The position numbers and the translations under genes were made by a program. The notes beneath the pieces are model-generated. The model had not been told where the DNA came from, ran no database searches, and saw only the letters and a program-made list of their open reading frames with translations. Source: Candidatus Poribacteria bacterium (GTDB taxonomy: Bacteria > Poribacteria > WGA-4E > PCPOR2b). From it: a stretch of 64,000 nt of DNA. Each line of letters opens with the position of its first letter. The first letter of the stretch is position 1. The stretch spans positions 576,001 to 640,000 of the forward strand of contig OZ244042.1 in NCBI GenBank assembly GCA_965215015.1, in the 5' to 3' direction. Below are positions 48,823 through 58,858 of the stretch, piece by piece.

Positions 48823-49404
48823 ACTTCTTAATGATTGATTGCAGGGGGCGCGGTTAAGAGGGTTTTCTGCACCCGATTGCAACATCATGACTCGCTTAAA
48901 ATCCTCCCAAAGGAGGAGGTAGTTATGCAGTGTTACTTGAGTATACTATTAGGGGGAAGCCTCACTTCAAAAACCTGCTCACGTTGATGAGTCTGTTTCT
49001 CAGCGTGGTTGGGGCCCCATAACGCATCAGCACTCATCGCACAAACAGCGAGGGACAATGCCGTAGCAGTCTATGAAGGTGTTGAAAATTACGCCGCGGT
49101 CGTTCACACCCACAAAGCTGATTCGATGCAGCCTTCAGAAAGCTTGGTCACGTCCTTTCTTGCCAAAAATTCGGTTTCTTTCTTCGCTTCGTGCTTTCTT
49201 TTAAGATGAGCCGAAAAAAAATAGCCTTTGCATCAGAAGTGTGAGAAGCGGGATAGCGATAGAAATTAATTGTGATGTGCCTTTTCCTGTTTTATGCTCA
49301 TAGGGATTCAACATGGAAACCTTCATTTCTATACACATGCCGCCCTCCTGAGGCTTTAAGCGGCAATTTGGGTTACTCATGCAGCATGTGAAGGTGAGAC
49401 AAAG

Positions 49405-50322
49405 GTGGAGAAGATGTCACTATTTGAAAAACTAGGCATTGTAACGAATATTTGGACGAAACGCATTGATGATGGCGACCGGTTTGAAGATCTCGCCCGC
49501 CAGTTTAGTGACCATGGCTTCAAAGATATGGAGGTGCGCGAGGGGGATTATCTCCGTAACTCCGAATTTGGTGGCTTGATAGGTGAGGTTGAAACGGCGA
49601 TGGGACGTTATACAGACGATCAGTGGAAAGCAATCTGCGATGTGATCTGGGAAGAGGACCGGGATCCGGTGGTTGCGGCAGCAGATAGCTCCCTATTTAC
49701 GCGTGTCAGCGCGTTTGTGGAGTTGGCGCGGGATTTGACCCTGAGTTACGCCATGTCGCACTCATGGCTCGCTGCGCCCGAAGATCTGGAAGCGGATACC
49801 CAGCAGATTATCCAAGCGAAAAAACTGGCGTATCTGCTGTGTCCAGCGAGCGCACGGTTGCGGATTGTTGGACTTGCACCTACGGGGGGAAAAACGAATC
49901 CACAAGCTGCGGTTGCCAATGTGGAACGGTATCGGTCGCTGCTGCCAAACTGTCCGATGGTTTTTGCGGTTGAAAACTCACGCCAACCGGCGACCTTTAC
50001 GCTCGATCTGGCGGTACGAGGTGGGGCACTATTGACCTATGACGAGGCGAATACCTACCGCGACGATGGTACAACGGTCAACCCGCCGGAGGAGTTTTGG
50101 AGTGCTGTGAAAATGGAAAATCTCACTTCGGTGCATTTCAAGCAGAAAACGGCAGACGGCGTTTTGTCACAAGTTAAGGACGGATATGTCGATTTTGCAG
50201 CGATTGGCAACCGTTTGGTGGCAGGAGATTACCAGGGTGATCTATTGCTCGAAAACTCCCCAACAGACCAACCTTTGGAAGATGCGATTTCGAGTCGAGC
50301 GTATCTTTCAAATCTCCTATAA
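49405..50322 (+). CDS. Xylose isomerase-like TIM-barrel protein
   Basis: FAVEN, LTYDEAN, VHFKQ, GYVDF and LLLE metal-site pattern. Confidence 0.7.
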   Translation: MEKMSLFEKLGIVTNIWTKRIDDGDRFEDLARQFSDHGFKDMEVREGDYLRNSEFGGLIGEVETAMGRYTDDQWKAICDVIWEEDRDPVVAAADSSLFTRVSAFVELARDLTLSYAMSHSWLAAPEDLEADTQQIIQAKKLAYLLCPASARLRIVGLAPTGGKTNPQAAVANVERYRSLLPNCPMVFAVENSRQPATFTLDLAVRGGALLTYDEANTYRDDGTTVNPPEEFWSAVKMENLTSVHFKQKTADGVLSQVKDGYVDFAAIGNRLVAGDYQGDLLLENSPTDQPLEDAISSRAYLSNLL

Positions 50323-50355
50323 TGCGGGGATTGGAAATCGTGTTGAGTTGCGGAA

Positions 50356-51276
50356 TTAAGCGGCTATTGACTGTACCCCGGAGGAACGGATAAGACGGAA
50401 GTATGCAATTTCTGGGGTTGTCATAAACCGGATTGGAACGCCTGTGACTCCGAGTCCTCTAGAAATATAAAGCCTTGACGCACCGACATAGAACAGGCCA
50501 GCGAGATACTTGTTCCCTACCTTGGGGGGGACAAACGGCAACGAGATTTGTCCGCCATGTGTGTGCCCCGACAAGACCAGATCAAATCCGTGGTGGGCAA
50601 TTGATTCAATCGGTTGTGGGTTGTGCATTAAGAGGAAACGCGGTTCATCAGTCGAAGGTAGAAACGCTAACGCACGCTCCAAATCGAAATCCCCTGCGAG
50701 AAAATCGTCGCAGCCGACGAGCCATAGGCGGTCACTCCCGCGCTGTAGCGGAGCGGATTCATTCATTAAGACTTGGATACCTCCTGCGGTCAAGGCGTTG
50801 ATTACTTCAACGCCATCCCCTTTCCAACGATTTCGCAAAGGGAACACACTTGCATCTAAATCGTTGTTCCATTCGTTGTTCCAATGGTCGTGGTTGCCGA
50901 GGACCGCATAGATGGGAATCCCTGCTTCAACGATAATTTCACAGATAGCCTGCGCTACCGGCTGTGCATATTTTTTTTGACGGGTGATATAATCCCCGGT
51001 CATTACGACCAGATCCGGCTGTAAATCCACTACCTGTCGAAAGCAAGCTTGGAGATAATCTAGCGTTACAATCGAGCTGTGATGCAGATCTGTGAGTTGA
51101 ACAATCGAAAACCCTTCAAAAGCGGGTGGAAGATTAGCAATTGAGATTTCGTGCTGTGTAATTTCAATCCATTGTGGTTCAATTAAGCTCTCAGAATTGG
51201 TCAGTGTAATTCCGCTAATCCCCACATTAAACAGTGACCTATGTAACGCTCTACGTCTTTCTGCTTTGGGTGACAT
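50356..51276 (-). CDS. Calcineurin-like metallophosphoesterase (YkuE-like)
   Basis: DLH, GDY, GNHD, H.P, GHTHGGQ and SRGLG motifs. Confidence 0.92.
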   Translation of the reverse strand: MSPKAERRRALHRSLFNVGISGITLTNSESLIEPQWIEITQHEISIANLPPAFEGFSIVQLTDLHHSSIVTLDYLQACFRQVVDLQPDLVVMTGDYITRQKKYAQPVAQAICEIIVEAGIPIYAVLGNHDHWNNEWNNDLDASVFPLRNRWKGDGVEVINALTAGGIQVLMNESAPLQRGSDRLWLVGCDDFLAGDFDLERALAFLPSTDEPRFLLMHNPQPIESIAHHGFDLVLSGHTHGGQISLPFVPPKVGNKYLAGLFYVGASRLYISRGLGVTGVPIRFMTTPEIAYFRLIRSSGVQSIAA

Positions 51277-51393
51277 GGATAGTATGAGTCCTTATTTTAT
51301 AGATATAATATAAAGAATAGTCTCCAATAGCATAGCATAACCCCGTTATTTTTGCAAGTGCGGTAACTCTAAAATACCAAAGTTTTAACGATT

Positions 51394-52464
51394 ATGGAGA
51401 AGAAGATGACATTTAGGGTCGGCGTTATTGGGTGTGGCCGCATGGCAAACACCATCGAAGACGAACAGATAGAAAGAAGGAAACAACGTCCTTATCGCGG
51501 TGGTTTGGCACTCCCCTACTCTCACGCGGCGGGCTACGCTGCTATTGATGACACGGAAATCGTCGCTGCATGCGACATCCATGAGGAACGCTTAGCGAAC
51601 TTTGTCGAGCGATGGAATGTTCCTGCCGCCTACACCGACTACCGTGAGATGATTGAAAAAGAAAATCTCGATATCGTCAGTGTCACCACGCGTCCTGAAC
51701 AACATGCGGAGGAGATGGTGTTCGCCGCAGAACACGGCGTTAAGGGGGTCTACGCGGAGAAACCGCTCTGTATGACACTCATGGAAACAGATGCTATCCG
51801 AGAGGCGTTTGAGCGCAACGGTGTTCATTTGGAGTACGGACCCATTTATCGCCACTGGGCGGCTTATGAGCAAGCGCGGACTATCGCCGAGAGGGGGGAA
51901 TTGGGCGAGGTCCAATCGGTGCTAGGCTTTGAAGGCAAGGCTCTTGAAGGTCACTTCATTGATTTGCTGCTGTATATGCTAGGCGATCCAGAGCCCGTGT
52001 CAATTCAGGGAATCATCTCAAAACTCCACCCACCCGAAGGCGACACCTCCGGTATGAAATTTGTCCAAGATACGTCGATCCTGTCAGCACTCATCAAGTT
52101 TGATAATGGGACAACCGCACATGTGGCGGGCACCGGCGTTGGCAGGGAGATTGAACTGGTCTGCACTAACGGCGTTATCCGCGTTGTCAACGATGGAGAG
52201 GCGGTACAGATGCGGCGTCGAAACACAGCGTCGGATGCGTGGGATACAGTCCCGGTTGAGCACATACCGCCGCGGAGTGGCACGGTGCACCTCATCCGTG
52301 ATCTCATCCAGTCAATCAAAACCGGAAACCCCGGCAAAAGCAATCTCCGCGTGACGCTGCTCAGTCAAGACATCGGATTCGGCATTTACGAGTCCCATCT
52401 GCGCGGTGGTGTGCCCGTCAGTCCACCTATCCCGAATCGAGAACGGTGGGTTTCCAGTTGGTAA
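51394..52464 (+). CDS. Gfo/Idh/MocA family oxidoreductase
   Basis: VGVIGCG, LDIVSV.T and EKP motifs. Confidence 0.9.
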   Translation: MEKKMTFRVGVIGCGRMANTIEDEQIERRKQRPYRGGLALPYSHAAGYAAIDDTEIVAACDIHEERLANFVERWNVPAAYTDYREMIEKENLDIVSVTTRPEQHAEEMVFAAEHGVKGVYAEKPLCMTLMETDAIREAFERNGVHLEYGPIYRHWAAYEQARTIAERGELGEVQSVLGFEGKALEGHFIDLLLYMLGDPEPVSIQGIISKLHPPEGDTSGMKFVQDTSILSALIKFDNGTTAHVAGTGVGREIELVCTNGVIRVVNDGEAVQMRRRNTASDAWDTVPVEHIPPRSGTVHLIRDLIQSIKTGNPGKSNLRVTLLSQDIGFGIYESHLRGGVPVSPPIPNRERWVSSW

Positions 52465-52497
52465 TCCCCAATCCACTGGGTTAACCTCACGCCCTGT

Positions 52498-53175
52498 TTA
52501 TTCTACTGAACGCTGGCGCAACCGTAGTAGGTCTGCGTTGGTGTGGAACGACTCGTATTTCTCCACGAACTCCGCTAGCGTCTCCTCAACAGTTGCGGTC
52601 GTAGTATCAAGGACGATTCGCTTCTGTATTAAGGACGCCTCAAACTCCTCCTCGAACCGTTGCAGAACGCACTCAATGTCCTTTTCCTGCACAACTTGGT
52701 GGGTGTGCGGGTTTTCTTTCATCCGTTTTGCAATCACCCCTGGTGCCGCTTTGAAAAGGACCAGCACCGTCCCCGGGGCGCGCTCAAGGATCTTCCTCTC
52801 TATGCGTCTTGCCATCTCTGTCCGCTGTCCTTCAGGGCTTCGGAAGGGTGCTTTGCTATCTTTCCCACCGTAGCCGTAGTACAACGGAGCATAGACCGCT
52901 TCTTCGATGACCAAGCCCATCAGATTGTGGTCGGGCTTGCTATAGAAAGCCTCTGAGACATGATACTCAATCATGTAGCGTTGGAGCATCTCGACAGCTT
53001 GGGGATGCAGGGTCAATAATGATTCTTGCGCCTCTGCTATTAACTCGCTCGAAGGAACGCTCATATGGTCATGGAAATGGCTCGTCCCTCCCAAAGTCCG
53101 TTTTGCCCATTCCATGACTTCTGCTGCTAACGTCGATTTACCCGCATATTCGCATCCAACAAAAATGAGATTCAT
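52498..53175 (-). CDS. P-loop nucleoside monophosphate kinase-like protein
   Basis: LIFVGCEYAGKST Walker A; NMP-kinase-like C-terminus (LDTT...VEET). Confidence 0.7.
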   Translation of the reverse strand: MNLIFVGCEYAGKSTLAAEVMEWAKRTLGGTSHFHDHMSVPSSELIAEAQESLLTLHPQAVEMLQRYMIEYHVSEAFYSKPDHNLMGLVIEEAVYAPLYYGYGGKDSKAPFRSPEGQRTEMARRIERKILERAPGTVLVLFKAAPGVIAKRMKENPHTHQVVQEKDIECVLQRFEEEFEASLIQKRIVLDTTTATVEETLAEFVEKYESFHTNADLLRLRQRSVE

Positions 53176-53429
53176 GAGGATTTTCCTTCCATAATTTCTT
53201 GTGAGAACTCTGGTATCAAGCCCGCCCTGAGGTAGTCAACACCCCTCTATCATTCGACATTATAGCAGAAAGCAAAACGGCAATCAATCTCAAAATAGAG
53301 TCAGTAGGTGGGTAGTTGATTGGTTGTTTCTAACGCTAATTTTCAGCGTTGCCGGTGAGGGAAGGAGCTACATTTTGCCTGTGTGGTTTGACAGTCCCAA
53401 TCTGAGCCATGCGCTTCCAAAAATAGATC

Positions 53430-53458
53430 TTGACAAATTGATCGCAGTTGCCTATAAT
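53430..53458 (+). promoter_or_regulatory. Perfect consensus sigma70 promoter for chrA
   Basis: TTGACA-N17-TATAAT. Confidence 0.85.
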
Positions 53459-53466
53459 TAGAAAGT

Positions 53467-54609
53467 GTGATGAACAAGATTAGGCAACTTTTGGTGTTGT
53501 TTCTCAAATTAGGCGTCACCGCTTTTGGCGGCCCCGCCGCGCATATTGCCATGATGGAGGATGAGGTTGTCACGCGCCGGCGTTGGCTGACCCACAAGCA
53601 ATTCCTGGATCTAATCGGTGCAACGAATCTGATTCCCGGACCCAACTCGACTGAAATGGCAATCCACATCGGTTTTGTACGTGCAGGGATTGCAGGGTTG
53701 GTGATCGCGGGTGTCTGCTTTATTCTTCCCGCGGCATTGATCGCGCTGGGTTGTGCGTGGGTTTACGATCGGTTTGAGACAGTGCCGCAGGCAGAGGTGC
53801 TGCTGTATGGCATCAAGCCGGCGGTTATCGCCGTGATTCTCAGTGCGGTGTGGAGATTGGGCAAAGCAGCAGCGAAGGGTCCCTTTCTAATCGGCGTGGG
53901 ATTCTTAGTCATGCTGCTTGTACTGTTTGGCATCAATGAAATTATAGCACTGCTTGGCGGTGGGATTGTAGGCATCTTGTGGCAACTTGGAAGTCGATGG
54001 CGAACAGGGAAGATGCTGCTCGGTTTTGTATGGCTCCCCGCCAGTAATCTGACACTTGCAGCTACGGCTGCTCCTTCGGCGTCAGTTACCCTCCCTTCTC
54101 TTGGGCTTTTCTTCCTTAAAATTGGCTGTGTCTTGTTTGGCAGCGGTTACGTCCTCGTTGCTTTCCTGCAAGGCGGTCTGGTAGAGCAGCATCAATGGTT
54201 GACGCAGCAACAACTCCTCGACGCAATCGCAATTGGACAGTTTACACCGGGACCAGTTCTCACAACTGCTACGTTCATTGGCTACGTACTAGCAGGGCCC
54301 CTTGGTGCACTTGTAGCAACCCTTGGCATCTTTGTGCCATCATTTCTGTTTGTGTTAGCGACCAATCCACTCATCCCGCGCCTTCGCCAGTCAGCGGTTG
54401 CCGGTGCGTTTCTGGATGCGGTCAACGCGAGCGCGATTGGGTTGATGGCGGCGGTCACGGTTGAGCTCGCACGTCACACATTGATTGATTGGGGAGCCTG
54501 GCTGATTGCTTTGGTATCGGCGACAGTGCTGTTTCGCTATAACATCAATTCAGCATGGTTGGTGTTGAGCGGTGCAGCGATAGGTTGGCTGTTGAAGACA
54601 TTGACGTAA
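53467..54609 (+). CDS. chrA: Chromate efflux transporter (long-chain CHR)
   Basis: FLKLG.TAFGGP.AH, IPGPNS, FLKIG..LFGSGY and GQFTPGP motifs. Confidence 0.93.
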   Translation: MMNKIRQLLVLFLKLGVTAFGGPAAHIAMMEDEVVTRRRWLTHKQFLDLIGATNLIPGPNSTEMAIHIGFVRAGIAGLVIAGVCFILPAALIALGCAWVYDRFETVPQAEVLLYGIKPAVIAVILSAVWRLGKAAAKGPFLIGVGFLVMLLVLFGINEIIALLGGGIVGILWQLGSRWRTGKMLLGFVWLPASNLTLAATAAPSASVTLPSLGLFFLKIGCVLFGSGYVLVAFLQGGLVEQHQWLTQQQLLDAIAIGQFTPGPVLTTATFIGYVLAGPLGALVATLGIFVPSFLFVLATNPLIPRLRQSAVAGAFLDAVNASAIGLMAAVTVELARHTLIDWGAWLIALVSATVLFRYNINSAWLVLSGAAIGWLLKTLT

Positions 54610-54726
54610 AATTAAGATAACGCAAGCCGCTACCTATTGTCCTGCTGGAGCGCAGAATGAAAGGGGGCCGGTGAGAAAGTGAAAAGGAACTAAAAAACAA
54701 AGCGTTCATTACCAGAGGGAAAAACA

Positions 54727-55530
54727 ATGTACCCAACACTCATTAATTTTGGTCCTATAGCGATTCATAGCTTTGGTCTTATGATGGCGTTAGGCTTTCT
54801 TGCCGTCTTGTTGATTTCACGGCGCGAGTTGGCGAGGAAAGGACTAGACCCGAGTCCGACATCATCGATAATCTTTGCAGCTGCAGTTGGAGGAATTATT
54901 GGCGCAAAGCTCTACTCGGCACTTCAAGATGGAAAGATCGAAATAGCTGAACTGATTTCAAATAGTGGGTTGGTTTGGTATGGCGGTGTCATCGGTGCGC
55001 TCGCTGCTGTTCTGTTCGTTATCCATCGGTCTCCTAACCCGATTCTGCCGACACTTGATACGATTGGTATGTTGGTTTTGCTCGGATATGGGATTGGGCG
55101 AATCGGATGCTTCCTCGCTGGGGATGGGGACTATGGACCACCCTCAGACCTACCATGGGCGATGGCATTTCCCAACGGCACGGTGCCGACAGATATTCCC
55201 GTCCATCCAACGCCGCTTTATGAAACAGGGATGTCGCTGATTGGCTTTGGATTACTGTGGTCCATTCGCAAACAGAAAGAAGGTACGCCGGGCTGGCTAT
55301 TAGGTGGAGCATTTATCTTGGCGGGAATTGAGCGTTTCATCGCAGAATTCGTTAGACTGAACCTGCCGGTCCACTTCGGGTTGACAGAGGCGCAACTCAC
55401 AAGTATTTTGATGGTCATTATTGGGGGTTGTCTTATCTGCTGGGTCACGCGCCGTCGTATTGCGACAGAGGAAGTAACCGTTCCGACGCCGACCCCATCC
55501 CCTAAGCGCAAAAGGCGACGACGATCATAA
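54727..55530 (+). CDS. lgt: Prolipoprotein diacylglyceryl transferase
   Basis: GL.WYGG, IGRIGCFL.G..YG, PWAM.FP, HPTPLYE and RF..EF.R motifs. Confidence 0.92.
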   Translation: MYPTLINFGPIAIHSFGLMMALGFLAVLLISRRELARKGLDPSPTSSIIFAAAVGGIIGAKLYSALQDGKIEIAELISNSGLVWYGGVIGALAAVLFVIHRSPNPILPTLDTIGMLVLLGYGIGRIGCFLAGDGDYGPPSDLPWAMAFPNGTVPTDIPVHPTPLYETGMSLIGFGLLWSIRKQKEGTPGWLLGGAFILAGIERFIAEFVRLNLPVHFGLTEAQLTSILMVIIGGCLICWVTRRRIATEEVTVPTPTPSPKRKRRRRS

Positions 55531-55590
55531 TCAAATGAGATAGGCCATAAATTTTTGACCGAATTGTGGCTTGAGCATCTATCGCTGGGG

Positions 55591-55788
55591 TTACCGCCCT
55601 GTTTTTCGCATGCCCATCATGATTTTCACGACACCCCTGATCATAACCAGCGTTCCCACAAATAAGAAGATGATAAGTCCCAATTGTTTAATCTGAAGAG
55701 AGGGTCGAAGCAAATATCCCATAAATCCAACGACCATTATGAGAATCAGTGTGTTCAAAAGAACTTTGTTCGTATACCATTTTTGCAT
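55591..55788 (-). CDS. Small two-TM membrane protein
   Basis: 65 aa, two hydrophobic helices, AAGGA RBS. Confidence 0.5.
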   Translation of the reverse strand: MQKWYTNKVLLNTLILIMVVGFMGYLLRPSLQIKQLGLIIFLFVGTLVMIRGVVKIMMGMRKTGR

Positions 55789-55829
55789 TGATTTTTCCTT
55801 GCGAGTTCGGGCACGGTCTAATTATCGAT

Positions 55830-56610
55830 TTACTCTCTAGGTTTTCCAGTGTTTGTGTCGGCTTCGATAATTTTTAATAAGGTGGTGCGCCAGTTTTGGA
55901 GGTCCGACAGATTTTCTGTCACGATGTTGTAGATATCTTCCGGATCGACGCGATAATAGTGGTGGACAATCAAATTCTGAAACCCCACCATTTTGTCATA
56001 AATTTTTGTGGACATTGCGTCAATATATCCGATATCCGGGATCGGCAAGCCCGGTTGGCATATGCCGATACGTAGCGATAGAGGGCAAACCAAGTAAACG
56101 AATCACATAGCGAGAAATGTCTACCAATGCCTCGCTAGAGGTTTGAAGCAAGTGGGCTGCCGCTTCGAGATACCAGCACTCTACCATGAATTCGTCGTAG
56201 CTGAAATCACTTAATCTCCCAAGTTTGCCCCAGCTCTCCTCAATTGTGTCAAAATGGAGCTGTACATCCTGCTTTCTTATCTGTCCATTCTCTAGATATT
56301 CAGGCAGCCCTGTATCTGCTTCGTAAATCACTTTCCCAGTTTGCACGACCACTTGTTAAAATCAGAGTGGCTGATTCGACACCTCTACTACATCTGCCCT
56401 GTCCTGACCGACCACTGCAAATGCTTTGTCGAGCAGTTCCTCAACCAGCATCCACCGTCTATCTTTGGACCAGTCTACCGGTAGCAGCACGGCAAAGTCA
56501 TAATCGCTGAAGGCATCGGGCTTCCTACTGCCCTGTGATCCAAAAAAATAGGCTGCCACGATGCTATCGGTGCCAAAAAAAATCTGTGCTAGCTTCTTTC
56601 TATCAACCAT
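55830..56610 (-). pseudogene. Decayed MNT (nucleotidyltransferase)-HEPN (DUF86/HepT-like) toxin-antitoxin, apparently fused
   Basis: YFFGS......SDYDFAV, two in-frame stops, same-frame read-on into HEPN (LQTS.EALVDI), a frameshift, then MVGFQNLIVHHY. Confidence 0.75.
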
Positions 56611-56649
56611 AAAACTGCATCAATACCTGCGTCCGATTGATACACAGTC

Positions 56650-56677
56650 GTAGGGAACGCAGATCTGCGTTCCCTAC
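56650..56677. repeat. Perfect 28-bp GTAG REP-like palindrome
   Basis: GTAGGGAACGCAGATCTGCGTTCCCTAC; variants at ~8913, ~12527 and 44691. Confidence 0.85.
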
Positions 56678-57849
56678 CTGAAAAATGCCCGCCGTATCTG
56701 TCTCACGGCTTGGCGGATGCGGTCTTCGTTTTCGACAAGTGCAATCCGGACATATCCCTCTCCGTTGTGACCGAACCCCGCACCGGGGGAGACACAAACC
56801 TCCGCTTCATCAAGCAGCTTCATCGCAAAATCCATCGAACTCATATGGCGATACGATTCAGGGATTGGTGCCCATACAAACATCGTTGCACGCGGTTTTT
56901 GCACTTTCCAGCCAATCCGATTTAGCCCGTCTACCAGCACATCACGGCGGATTCGATAGGTTTCCGCATTTGATTCCACAATATCAGTATCCGTTCGCAG
57001 TGCCATGATCGCAGCGACCTGAATGGGTGCAAAGATACCATAGTCGTAATAGCCCTTGATTCGCGCCAATGCGTCAACTAGATCGCGATTGCCGACGGCG
57101 AACCCACACCGCCAACCTGCCATGTTGTAGGACTTTGATAAAGAGATAAATTCAATCCCGACATCTTTGGCACCCTTTGCTTGTAAAAAGCTTGGTGCCT
57201 GATAGTCGTCGAAAACAATGTCAGCATACGCGAGGTCATGGATAACGATGATATCGTTTCGTTTGGCGAAGTCAACAATTTCTTCAAAGAAGGCGAGTTC
57301 GATTACCGCCCCCGTTGGGTTATGCGGAAAACTCAAAATTAAGACCTTGGGTCTGGGCCAGATATCTCTCGAAATCTCATCGAGACTCGGCACAAACTGA
57401 TTTTCTTCGCGTAACGGGAGACTGACGACGCTGCCACCGGCGATGACGGTCGCGTAGATATGAATCGGAAAGGTTGGGTTTGGAACAAGTGCCAGATCGC
57501 CTTCGTCTATCAATGCAAGTGCGAGATGGGAAAGCCCTTCTTTGGTGCCGATTACTGTGATTGCTTCATGGTTGGGATCGACTTGGACACCGAAGCGTCG
57601 TTCATAGTACCAACTGACCTCGCGGCACAGATTGAAAATCCCACGTGATGCGGAATAACGATGGTGGCGGGCTTCTTGGGCAGCTTCAGTCAGTTTATCA
57701 ACAATATGCTGCGGGGTCGGTCTGTCAGGGTTGCCCATCCCCAAATCAATGACATCAATCCCCTGTTGTCGCCTTTCATGGGTCAACTGCTTGAGTTTAC
57801 CAAACATGTAGGGCGGTAATCGGTTGAGTCGTTTTGAAAGTATGTTCAT
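56674..57849 (-). CDS. PLP-dependent class I/II aminotransferase (AlaC/LL-DAP aminotransferase-like)
   Basis: RLPPY.F, IDLGMGNPD, GTKEGL.H, FPHNPT, HDLAY and SLSKSYNMAGWR motifs. Confidence 0.92.
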   Translation of the reverse strand: MNILSKRLNRLPPYMFGKLKQLTHERRQQGIDVIDLGMGNPDRPTPQHIVDKLTEAAQEARHHRYSASRGIFNLCREVSWYYERRFGVQVDPNHEAITVIGTKEGLSHLALALIDEGDLALVPNPTFPIHIYATVIAGGSVVSLPLREENQFVPSLDEISRDIWPRPKVLILSFPHNPTGAVIELAFFEEIVDFAKRNDIIVIHDLAYADIVFDDYQAPSFLQAKGAKDVGIEFISLSKSYNMAGWRCGFAVGNRDLVDALARIKGYYDYGIFAPIQVAAIMALRTDTDIVESNAETYRIRRDVLVDGLNRIGWKVQKPRATMFVWAPIPESYRHMSSMDFAMKLLDEAEVCVSPGAGFGHNGEGYVRIALVENEDRIRQAVRQIRRAFFR

Positions 57850-58049
57850 AGTTGCTGACCTAAAAAGTTTTGCGGGTTGGGGAGCTATGCGTTGGCAGTG
57901 GAGCACTAATTTGTCACACGGAAAAATGAAGTAAATCACGGCGTTGTAAAAAGTAAAACGTGAAACATAAAAAAAAGTTTCTCGCCGATAGGCTTGGGGA
58001 CAGGCGTATTACACATTAGAGTTGCTAACACCGATTGTTGTGCCGTTTC

Positions 58050-58808
58050 CTACACCCCTGCAAAGCCTCGAATCTTCGGGACATCATCCGTCCACAGCCC
58101 GCCAATCTCATGCTGCAACAGCCACTCGACATCGCGTCGGGTCCGCACAAATCCGCCTTCGACAGCGATGCCCTTTGCTTTAAGGCATCTAACCTTCTGA
58201 ATCAACGAATGTGCGATGACGTTGTAAAGCCGAAAGTGATTGATTCGGCTCCAACCGATGGCAATCCGATTAGCGTCGATAGCTTCCGCCGCCCTGAGAA
58301 AGTTAGCCATTGGATTGATGATAATTGCGCTCGTCCGAATTTTAGGCTCGATCTGTTTTGTTTGGACCAGCAATTCCTTACGCGAATAAAAGGTCAGAAT
58401 ACCGACTTTATCAATGAGGTTAAATTGCCGGATGTGTTTGACTAAGAGTGGGATGAGATTGTTCGCGTTCTCTTTAGGTTCAATGAAGCACGGCAATCCG
58501 GTTTGCTTGACAAAGGAAAGTACTTCATCAAGATGCGCTACCGGCTCAGGCGAATCGAGAACTTTCAGTTTTTGGACATCCACCCAGTTCAACTTGCTCA
58601 ACGGAGATGTGCAGCCCGTTACTTCCTGAATACTGTCCTCATTAAAGCCGGTATGGATGATAATCGGTTCCTGATCTTTGGTCAGGCGGACATCACACTC
58701 AAAGGCGTCTGCACCGTCCTCAAATGCTTGTCTGAAAGAAGCGATTGTATTTTCGGGGGCACGGTCTAGCCCGCCGCGATGAGCGAGTATCTTGATTTCG
58801 GTTTTCAT
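58050..58808 (-). CDS. Glycerophosphodiester phosphodiesterase family
   Basis: AHRG....APENTIASF, ECDVRLTKD, IEPK and WTDD motifs. Confidence 0.9.
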   Translation of the reverse strand: MKTEIKILAHRGGLDRAPENTIASFRQAFEDGADAFECDVRLTKDQEPIIIHTGFNEDSIQEVTGCTSPLSKLNWVDVQKLKVLDSPEPVAHLDEVLSFVKQTGLPCFIEPKENANNLIPLLVKHIRQFNLIDKVGILTFYSRKELLVQTKQIEPKIRTSAIIINPMANFLRAAEAIDANRIAIGWSRINHFRLYNVIAHSLIQKVRCLKAKGIAVEGGFVRTRRDVEWLLQHEIGGLWTDDVPKIRGFAGV

Positions 58809-58858
58809 GCAGACCTTTTGAATTTACCTGTTCAATCTCCCTGAGCATCAGACATTTT

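Noticed and set aside
48910-49209. Strong RBS followed by broken signal-peptide-like frames
   Set aside because: Possibly a pseudogene scrap, but too short and unrecognisable to call.
56350-56365. TGA readthrough (selenocysteine) in the MNT gene
   Set aside because: A TAA follows two codons later and further lesions are present, so ordinary decay is the simpler explanation.
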